A stretch of DNA of 42,976 bases from an uncultured Flavobacteriaceae bacterium (GTDB lineage Bacteria > Bacteroidota > Bacteroidia > Flavobacteriales > Flavobacteriaceae), in the NCBI GenBank assembly GCA_913031655.1, contig CAJWFY010000001.1, positions 1 to 42,976 on the forward strand, written 5' to 3'. Under the pieces are notes generated by a model. The model had not been told where the DNA came from. It ran no database searches and saw only the letters and a list, made by a program, of their open reading frames with translations. Both the position numbers and the translations under genes were made by a program. This document shows positions 36,220 to 42,976 of this stretch, in pieces (the stretch's first letter is position 1; each line of letters opens with the position of its first letter).

Positions 36220-37350
36220 TTGAAACCCAATAAAGAAGAAATTTTAGAAGTATTAAAAACTATTTATTTTGATAATCAGAAAATAGATATTGTTTCTGAT
36301 AATGCAGTTCTAAATGTATTAGTCTTTGATAAAGAAATCATAATCGATTTAAACACTAATAATCCCTCTTTACAAGGAAAGAATAAAATTAAATTAAAAA
36401 TTTTAAACTCAATTCAAAATAAGTTTAGCGAAGATATTGATGTTAAAATTAATTTTAAGCTAATAAAAAAATCTCCTAACACAATTTTAAATACAAATAG
36501 GAAGTTAGATGGTGTTCAAAATATAATTGCCGTTTCTTCCGGAAAAGGTGGGGTTGGTAAATCAACAGTTACTGCTAATTTAGCTATCTCACTTTCTGAG
36601 ATGGGATTTAATGTAGGTATTTTAGATGCGGATATTTATGGCCCATCAATCCCAGTTATGTTTGATGTTTTTGATAGCAAGCCTTTGGCGGTAAATATCG
36701 ATGGAAAATCTAAGATGAAACCAGTTGAAAGCTTTGGAATCAAAATTTTATCAATAGGCTTTTTCACAAAATTAGACCAGGCTGTTATTTGGAGAGGTCC
36801 AATGGCTTCAAAAGCATTAAATCAAATGATTTTTGATGCTGCTTGGGGGGAATTAGATTTTTTATTGATAGATTTACCACCAGGAACTGGCGATATTCAT
36901 CTTAGTATTATGCAGTCTTTACCGATTTCTGGAGCTGTAGTGGTTAGTACTCCACAAAATGTTGCATTGGTTGATGCGCGAAAAGGTGTTTCAATGTTCA
37001 ATCAAGAGAATATCAATGTTCCTGTTTTGGGTATTATCGAAAATATGTCATATTTCACTCCTTTAGAATTGCCAAATAATAAATATTATTTATTTGGAAA
37101 AGAAGGGGCTAAAAATTTATCAACTGATTTAGGAGTTCCTTTTCTAGGGGAAATTCCTCTTATTCAGAGTATTAGAGAATCTGGTGATTGTGGTAGGCCA
37201 GCTGCTTTACAAGATGAAACTGAAATTCAAAGTGTGTTTAATGATATTTCGAAAAACATGCTTTCGGAACTTTTAAAACGAAATAATAAACTTCCTGAAA
37301 CTGAGGTTATTAAAATAACAACAATGTCAGGCTGTTCAGCTATTAAATAA
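36220..37350 (+). CDS. Mrp/NBP35/ApbC family P-loop ATPase
   Basis: Has an N-terminal DUF59-like domain, the deviant Walker A SGKGGVGKST and DLPPGTGD. The TTG start is the only in-frame start that keeps the N-terminal domain. Confidence 0.9.
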   Translation: MKPNKEEILEVLKTIYFDNQKIDIVSDNAVLNVLVFDKEIIIDLNTNNPSLQGKNKIKLKILNSIQNKFSEDIDVKINFKLIKKSPNTILNTNRKLDGVQNIIAVSSGKGGVGKSTVTANLAISLSEMGFNVGILDADIYGPSIPVMFDVFDSKPLAVNIDGKSKMKPVESFGIKILSIGFFTKLDQAVIWRGPMASKALNQMIFDAAWGELDFLLIDLPPGTGDIHLSIMQSLPISGAVVVSTPQNVALVDARKGVSMFNQENINVPVLGIIENMSYFTPLELPNNKYYLFGKEGAKNLSTDLGVPFLGEIPLIQSIRESGDCGRPAALQDETEIQSVFNDISKNMLSELLKRNNKLPETEVIKITTMSGCSAIK

Positions 37351-37355
37351 ATATT

Positions 37356-37592
37356 ATGAATAAAGAAACATTAACCCTCAAAGTTGAAGAAGCTTTAAGT
37401 GAAATAAGACCTTTCTTAGAGTCTGACGGAGGAAACATTGAACTATTGTCTATTATTGATGATATAGTAAAAGTTAAACTTCTAGGTAATTGTGTAAGTT
37501 GCTCTGTAAACCAAATGACTTTAAAAAATGGAGTAGAATTGACTATCAAGAAGCATGCTCCTCAAATTAAGGAAGTAATAAATATTAGTTAA
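37356..37592 (+). CDS. NifU C-terminal-domain (Nfu-type) Fe-S scaffold protein
   Basis: A 78-aa protein with IRPFLESDGGNIEL and the C-x-x-C motif GNCVSCS. Confidence 0.85.
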   Translation: MNKETLTLKVEEALSEIRPFLESDGGNIELLSIIDDIVKVKLLGNCVSCSVNQMTLKNGVELTIKKHAPQIKEVINIS

Positions 37593-37597
37593 AAAGA

Positions 37598-38656
37598 ATG
37601 CATAAAATTAAAACTGATATTTTAATTATAGGTTCAGGCCCCGTTGGATTATTCACTGTTTTTGAAGCTGGTCTTTTAGGCCTAAAATGTCATATTATTG
37701 ATGCTTTAGAAAAGCCTGGAGGACAGTGTTCTGAAATATACCCAAAAAAGCCAATTTATGATATTCCAGGAATGCCAGAAATTATGGCAGGATCATTAAT
37801 TGATAATTTATTAGAACAAATTAAACCATTTAGTCCCGGCTATTCACTTGGAGAAACAGCTGAGAAGTTAATTAAAAATGAAGACGGATCTTTTGATGTT
37901 ATCACTGACAAAGGTTCAATACACAATTCTAAAGTTGTTGCTATTGCTGGAGGGTTAGGGAGTTTTGAGCCTAGAAAACCCCCAATTGAAAATATTACTT
38001 TTTTTGAGGGTAAAGGCGTAAGTTATATGATAAAGGACCCTAATCAATTTAAAGATAAAAAAGTTATAATATCTGGAGGAGGGGACTCCGCTTTGGACTG
38101 GACAATCGAGCTCTCTAAAATAGCTAAAAAAGTTACTTTAATTCATAGAAGAACCGAATTTAGGGGAGCTTATGATTCAGTAGAAAAAGTACAAGCTTTA
38201 AAAAATAAATCTCTAATTGAAGTCATAACGCCAAGTGAAGTATTTCAGCTAAACGGAGTTGACAAACTGGAAAGTCTGTCGGTTAAATATAATGGCTCGG
38301 AAAAATTAATTGAAACAGATTATTTTATTCCTTTATTTGGATTGATCCCTAAATTAGGGGGGATCGCTGATTGGGGTCTAGAAATTAAAAAAAACTCAAT
38401 AGTAGTGAATAATTCACTTGATTATCAAACCAATATTCCAGGGATTTTTGCAATCGGAGATATTAATACTTATCCAGGAAAATTAAAATTAATATTATGC
38501 GGTTTTCATGAAGCCACTTTAATGTGTCAAGCTGCATTTAAACTAATATTTCCTGATAAAAAAAATATTTTAAAATACACAACAGTTTCTGGTGTTCAGG
38601 GTTTTGATGGATCAAAAAGAAAAACAGATAATTCAATAATAAAATCAATTGAATAA
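37598..38656 (+). CDS. Thioredoxin-reductase-like ferredoxin--NADP+ reductase (type 2)
   Basis: FAD motif IIGSGPVGLF and NADPH motif ISGGGDSALDW, plus FAIGD. It has no redox-active CxxC, as expected for YumC-type FNR. Confidence 0.8.
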   Translation: MHKIKTDILIIGSGPVGLFTVFEAGLLGLKCHIIDALEKPGGQCSEIYPKKPIYDIPGMPEIMAGSLIDNLLEQIKPFSPGYSLGETAEKLIKNEDGSFDVITDKGSIHNSKVVAIAGGLGSFEPRKPPIENITFFEGKGVSYMIKDPNQFKDKKVIISGGGDSALDWTIELSKIAKKVTLIHRRTEFRGAYDSVEKVQALKNKSLIEVITPSEVFQLNGVDKLESLSVKYNGSEKLIETDYFIPLFGLIPKLGGIADWGLEIKKNSIVVNNSLDYQTNIPGIFAIGDINTYPGKLKLILCGFHEATLMCQAAFKLIFPDKKNILKYTTVSGVQGFDGSKRKTDNSIIKSIE

Positions 38657-38659
38657 TTT

Positions 38660-39739
38660 ATGAATGAAATGTTTGTTTACAGTTCATTAGAAAATAAGAA
38701 CATAACTGGAGTGTCACAATGGCAATCACCAAGCAATATAGCCTTAGTCAAATACTGGGGAAAAAAGCTAGATCAAATCCCAATGAATCCATCTTTGAGT
38801 TTAACTTTGAGTAATTGCTATTCTAAAACAAGACTTTCGTATCAATCTGAGATTTCATTAAATAATGATTTTAATTTTAGCTTATTATTTGAGGGGAAAA
38901 GAGAAATTAGTTTTGAGAGTAAGTTGTCAATTTTTTTAGACAGAATTAAACATTACTGTCCATATTTAATAAATTTAAAATTAATAATTGAATCTAGTAA
39001 TTCTTTTCCGCACAGTAGCGGCATTGCTTCTTCAGCTTCTTTTTACAGTGCACTTTCACTATCAATAATGGATATTGAAAAAAAATTAAATCCAAAAACT
39101 GAAAATGAATTTTTTTTTAAAAAAGCTTCTTTTTTATCTAGGTTAGGATCAGGAAGTGCTTGCAGAAGCACAATGGGACCAATTTCATTTTGGGGTTCAA
39201 GCAAGCTATTTAAAGAAAGCAATGATTTATATGCAATCAAATATCCAAACGAAATTAATATTATTTTTAGAGATATTAATGATACGGTATTGCTTGTTGA
39301 TAAAGGGAAAAAAGATGTTTCAAGTTCTTTGGGTCATGGCTTGATGGATGGTCATTCATTTTCTAATGATAGAATAAACCAAGCTCATTTTAATTTGGAA
39401 CAAATCAAAAATGCTTTAGAAACTGGAAATTATGATCTGTTCATTAAAATAGTTGAGTTGGAAGCTTTGTCTTTACATGCGATGATGATGACTTCTAATC
39501 CTTCCTTTATTTTAATGAAACCAAATACATTACACATTATTAACGAAGTATGGAAATATAGAAAAAAATATAATTCAAAGATCTGCTTTACTCTTGACGC
39601 AGGGGCTAATATTCACTTGCTGTATCCTCAACTTGAATATGATGAAATACAGAACTTTATATCTTCAAATCTTGTTGATTATTGCGAGAATGGTGAATTT
39701 ATAAATGATAAGATAGGTGTTGGTCCAAATAAGTTATAA
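38660..39739 (+). CDS. mvaD: Diphosphomevalonate decarboxylase
   Basis: Motifs are SPSNIALVKYWGKK, HSSGIASSASFYSAL, GSGSACRS and FTLDAGANIHLLY. Confidence 0.9.
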   Translation: MNEMFVYSSLENKNITGVSQWQSPSNIALVKYWGKKLDQIPMNPSLSLTLSNCYSKTRLSYQSEISLNNDFNFSLLFEGKREISFESKLSIFLDRIKHYCPYLINLKLIIESSNSFPHSSGIASSASFYSALSLSIMDIEKKLNPKTENEFFFKKASFLSRLGSGSACRSTMGPISFWGSSKLFKESNDLYAIKYPNEINIIFRDINDTVLLVDKGKKDVSSSLGHGLMDGHSFSNDRINQAHFNLEQIKNALETGNYDLFIKIVELEALSLHAMMMTSNPSFILMKPNTLHIINEVWKYRKKYNSKICFTLDAGANIHLLYPQLEYDEIQNFISSNLVDYCENGEFINDKIGVGPNKL

Positions 39740-39748
39740 TTTTACAAA

Positions 39749-40678
39749 ATGAAAGCTCCTCTTTTTTATTCAAAAATTCTACTATTCGGAGAGTATGGTA
39801 TTATAAAAAACTCTAAAGGATTGTCTATCCCATATAATTTTTTTAAGGGAGGGTTTAAATTGGGAGATTTATCTGTAGAGGAAGTAAGTAAATCAAATAA
39901 AAATTTAAAATTATTCAAAGATTTTATTTCTAAGATTGATAAAAATATTGTGGTTTTTGATCTCAATAAGATTAATGAAGATTTGGATAAAGGCATGTAT
40001 TTTGACAGTACTATTCCTCAGGGTTACGGAGTTGGAAGTAGTGGCGCATTAGTAGCTGCTGTTTACGATAGATATGCTCAAAACAAGATAACAATTCTTG
40101 AAAATTTAACTAAAAATAAAATTTTAGTTTTAAAAAATATCTTTTCTAAAATGGAATCTTTTTTTCACGGAAAATCGTCCGGATTAGATCCTTTAAATAG
40201 CTATCTAAGTTTACCGATTCTTATACATTCAAAAAATAAAATAGAAACTACTGGAATACCTTCTCAGTCAATTAATGGAAAAGGAGCGGTATTTTTATTA
40301 GATAGTGGGGAGTCAAGCGATACAGCTCCAATGGTCGAAATATTTTTTGAATCAATGAAAAACAAAGATTATAGTAAGATGATTAAAGAAGATTTTATTC
40401 ATACAACTGATAATTGTGTAGAAGATTTTTTAAATGCAGATTTTAAATCACTTTTCTCAAACATTAAAAAATTATCAAAAGTAGTTTTAGAAAACTTTAA
40501 ACCTATGATTCCTGAAAATTTTCATAATATTTGGGCTAAAGGGATAGAATCTAATGACTACTTTTTAAAGCTTTGTGGGTCTGGTGGTGGTGGTTATATA
40601 TTAGGATTTTCACAAGATTTCGAAAAAGCTAAAGCTGCATTAAGTGACTATAAGTTAGAGGTAGTATATAATTTCTAA
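39749..40678 (+). CDS. GHMP kinase, mevalonate kinase-like
   Basis: N-terminus KILLFGEYGIIKNSKG, GHMP motif PQGYGVGSSGALVAAV and C-terminal GSGGGGY. It sits between mvaD and a prenyltransferase. Confidence 0.75.
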   Translation: MKAPLFYSKILLFGEYGIIKNSKGLSIPYNFFKGGFKLGDLSVEEVSKSNKNLKLFKDFISKIDKNIVVFDLNKINEDLDKGMYFDSTIPQGYGVGSSGALVAAVYDRYAQNKITILENLTKNKILVLKNIFSKMESFFHGKSSGLDPLNSYLSLPILIHSKNKIETTGIPSQSINGKGAVFLLDSGESSDTAPMVEIFFESMKNKDYSKMIKEDFIHTTDNCVEDFLNADFKSLFSNIKKLSKVVLENFKPMIPENFHNIWAKGIESNDYFLKLCGSGGGGYILGFSQDFEKAKAALSDYKLEVVYNF

Positions 40679-41562
40679 TGATTGTTTCTTTTTTAAATAA
40701 AAGATTTTTATTTAAATTATTAAGTCTATTTTCAGTTGTTAGAGGGTATAATATTCTTTTTATTGTATTTGCTCAGTTAACCTCTTCAATTTTTATTTTT
40801 TCAGAAAATCAAAAGTATTCTACTGTACTAATTGATTTAAACATCTGGCTAATAATCTTATCTTCTGTTTGTTCAATTTCCGCTGGATATATTATAAACA
40901 ATGTTTATGATTCTGATAAAGATTTAATAAATAGGCCTTTAAAAACAATCTTAGAAAAAGAAATTTCAGGAAGAACCAAATTAAATGGATATGTTTTTTT
41001 AAATATTTTAACTTTATTTTTTTCCTTTATGGTTTCTCTAAAGGCATTATTGTTTTTTAGTTTATACATTTTAGGAATTCTTTTTTATTCAATCAGAATT
41101 AGTCGTTATCCATTTATTGGAAACTTCTTATCAGTTGCATTATCAATAACTCCATTTTTTGCAATAACACTTTATTACAAAAATTTCTCTTCTGAAATTT
41201 TAACGCATGCCTCTTTTCTATTTTTTATAATTTTAATTAGAGAATTGATAAAAGATTTAGAAAGCTTAGTGGGCGATTTAACTATGAAATACGATACTAT
41301 ACCTGTTAAGTATGGTGAAAAAACCACTAAAATATATATTACATTTTATATAGTCACCGCTTGTTTGATCTCTTTTTGGTTGGTAATAAATCATGAAATT
41401 TCTTTAATGATTTATTACTATATACTAATAAACCCATTTTTTATTTTTTTCATGTATATTTTATGGAAATTTAATTCAAAAAAACACTATCTATTACTTC
41501 ATAATTCATTAAAGATTTTGATTATTGTAGGTCTTTTTAGTATTATATTGCAAAATATATAA
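40678..41562 (+). CDS. UbiA-family prenyltransferase (digeranylgeranylglyceryl-phosphate-synthase-like)
   Basis: Has about eight TM segments. The first Asp-rich motif is NNVYDSDKD (N-x3-D-x3-D) and the second acidic block is KDLESLVGDLTMKYDTIPV. Its ATG overlaps the kinase stop (TAATG). Confidence 0.85.
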   Translation: MIVSFLNKRFLFKLLSLFSVVRGYNILFIVFAQLTSSIFIFSENQKYSTVLIDLNIWLIILSSVCSISAGYIINNVYDSDKDLINRPLKTILEKEISGRTKLNGYVFLNILTLFFSFMVSLKALLFFSLYILGILFYSIRISRYPFIGNFLSVALSITPFFAITLYYKNFSSEILTHASFLFFIILIRELIKDLESLVGDLTMKYDTIPVKYGEKTTKIYITFYIVTACLISFWLVINHEISLMIYYYILINPFFIFFMYILWKFNSKKHYLLLHNSLKILIIVGLFSIILQNI

Positions 41563-41571
41563 CTATATAAA

Positions 41572-42270
41572 ATGGACGATGAAAAGCTAATTAGGTTAAA
41601 TAAATTCATTTCTAATTCAGGTCATTGTAATAGGAGGGAAGCAGATAATTTTATAGTTCAAGGAAGAGTTACTGTAAACGATAAAGTTATTGTTAAATTA
41701 GGCACTAAGGTTTCTGTTAAAGATGATGTCAAGCTAGATGGCAATAACATTTCTTTAAACAAGCCCGTTTATATTATTTTAAATAAGCCTAAAGGGTTTC
41801 ATTCTATTAATTTAGATAATAAAAAAAATATTTTTAGTTTATTACCTTTTGAAGAATTCCATGATTTACAGTCTTTAGATTTTATGAATGAAAATTATAT
41901 GGGACTAATGATTTTTTCTAATAATCAAGATTTTATTAAACGCATGTCTGATAAAGTTGATAATTTAAAGCAACTTTTTCATGTAATTTTAGATTCTGAT
42001 CTTAAAGAGTTCGACAAAGAGTCTATTAAAAATGAAACTGATTTTCAAATCAAAAATATTAACCATGTTGGTGGAGCGAGTAAAAATGAGATTGGGTTAG
42101 AACTATCAATAAAACAAGTTAAAGATATTGAAGACTTATTTTTGAAATACAGTTATAAAGTAATATCAATAGACAGAGTGCTTTACTCTAATATTTCTAA
42201 AAAAGATTTACCTAGAGGAAAGTGGCGTCATTTTAAAAAACAAGAATTAATTAACCTTCAAGCTTTTTAA
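41572..42270 (+). CDS. S4-domain pseudouridine synthase homologue (RsuA/RluB family), divergent catalytic motifs
   Basis: S4 domain IRLNKFISNSGHCNRREADNFIVQGRVTVND, then NKPKGF. The catalytic region reads QSLDFMNENYMGLMIFSNN in place of the canonical GRLD...GLLLLTND. Confidence 0.7.
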   Translation: MDDEKLIRLNKFISNSGHCNRREADNFIVQGRVTVNDKVIVKLGTKVSVKDDVKLDGNNISLNKPVYIILNKPKGFHSINLDNKKNIFSLLPFEEFHDLQSLDFMNENYMGLMIFSNNQDFIKRMSDKVDNLKQLFHVILDSDLKEFDKESIKNETDFQIKNINHVGGASKNEIGLELSIKQVKDIEDLFLKYSYKVISIDRVLYSNISKKDLPRGKWRHFKKQELINLQAF

Positions 42271-42976
42271 TTTTTACTAGCCCATTTAAACCCTCTAGTT
42301 AACAACTCCCAAACTTCAGGAATATCAAAATTATCTGGTGAATGTCCCACTGAAAGATAAAAGACTCTGCCTTCTCCAAAAATTTTAGTCCAACATACTG
42401 GCATTTCATTATTTTTTATCCAAGAATACTGCTCACCACTAAATTTTGTTGAAGCCAAAATATTAATAGATGGATCTATATGCATGTAGTATTGTTCACT
42501 ATTTATCTCAAAGTTTTTGATACCCTTATTTAATAAGGTTTTAGGTTTAGTAAATTCAACTGTGTATTTTACTTTTCCGCCAGGATGACTAACAAACTGT
42601 CCTCCTATCATAAATTGATATGAAGTGTTTTCTCGAAAAGAATCTCCAAGACCACCATGAGAACCTGCAATTCCTGTTCCAGATTTAATTGCGTTAGTTA
42701 ATCCTTTTTCCTGAGATGAAGTTAGTTTACCCATTGTTACTGATTGAATAACAAGGTCAATTGAATCCATTAGTTTTTCATTAGAATAAGTATTGAGATT
42801 ATTTGATACAATAGTGTTGGCTTTTTGCGTTTCAAGCCATTTTGAAACTTTTTCAACAAACAACTTTGGTTGGTGATAAGGGTCTAATTGATATATTACT
42901 AATACGTTTTTATTTTCTAACGATTGTGAAATTGTTAGATTTTGAAAAAATAAAAAAAACAATATAAATACAATGG
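42267..42976 (-). CDS. ThuA domain protein, 5' end probably beyond the window
   Basis: ThuA-typical blocks are IGGQFVSHPGG, YYMHIDP and MPVCWTKIFGEGRVFYLSVGH. The frame stays open from the track's TTG (42962) to the window edge, reading ..IVFILFFLFF as a signal-peptide core. Confidence 0.75.
   Translation of the reverse strand, partial: IVFILFFLFFQNLTISQSLENKNVLVIYQLDPYHQPKLFVEKVSKWLETQKANTIVSNNLNTYSNEKLMDSIDLVIQSVTMGKLTSSQEKGLTNAIKSGTGIAGSHGGLGDSFRENTSYQFMIGGQFVSHPGGKVKYTVEFTKPKTLLNKGIKNFEINSEQYYMHIDPSINILASTKFSGEQYSWIKNNEMPVCWTKIFGEGRVFYLSVGHSPDNFDIPEVWELLTRGFKWASKN

Noticed and set aside
1-42976. A search by eye for tRNA/rRNA genes, CRISPR repeats, IS elements, integrases, toxin-antitoxin pairs, restriction-modification systems or other defence genes.
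   Set aside because: None was found. Intergenic regions are at most 270 bp and AT-rich with no cloverleaf-like or repeated units. Every ORF over 200 nt that is not a shadow ORF has a metabolic, transport or housekeeping assignment.

Overview
The window is AT-rich (about 30% G+C by eye, not computed) and almost entirely coding. I count 43 protein genes, two of them cut by the window edges. I found no rRNA, tRNA, CRISPR array, transposase, integrase or long repeat.

Gene content points to a streamlined marine member of the Flavobacteriia (Bacteroidota). The evidence is DUF4271, DUF4296, a GYDIA-type GHMP kinase, a long NagB-LmbE fusion, mevalonate-pathway genes, TAnnTTTG -7 boxes and no Shine-Dalgarno signals.

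Layout:
- (1) 1-11.7 kb: a cluster of exported enzymes. It holds three Tat-signal Gfo/Idh/MocA oxidoreductases, a Tat-signal xylose-isomerase-like TIM barrel, two DUF1080 proteins, a Cys-less FGE-fold protein, an esterase, and a planctomycete-type DUF1549/DUF1553 (cytochrome-c domain) + DUF1501 pair.
- (2) 11.8-15.3 kb: a minus-strand operon of DUF4212, an ActP-like Na+ symporter and two secreted esterases.
- (3) 15.5-17.8 kb: HMG-CoA reductase plus a GYDIA GHMP kinase, followed by the only clear intrinsic terminator.
- (4) 17.9-26.0 kb: sulfatase, Na+ symporter, NagB-LmbE, CutC, a POT peptide transporter and a thioredoxin-fold protein.
- (5) 26-38.7 kb: housekeeping genes (HemD-like, Dpm1-like GT2, pyrC, tyrS, a two-component system, trmB, an ATL protein, Mrp, NifU, FNR).
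- (6) 38.7-41.6 kb: diphosphomevalonate decarboxylase, a GHMP kinase and a translationally coupled UbiA-family prenyltransferase.
- (7) A divergent pseudouridine-synthase-like gene and a partial ThuA gene.

No canonical defence or mobile system is visible. The candidates for undescribed biology are:
- the exported oxidoreductase/TIM-barrel/DUF1080 cluster together with its PSD1/DUF1501 neighbours;
- the esterase-acetate-symporter operon;
- the mevalonate genes, with two unassigned GHMP kinases and an archaeal-type prenyltransferase.

All functional calls come from motif recognition by eye. No database search was run.
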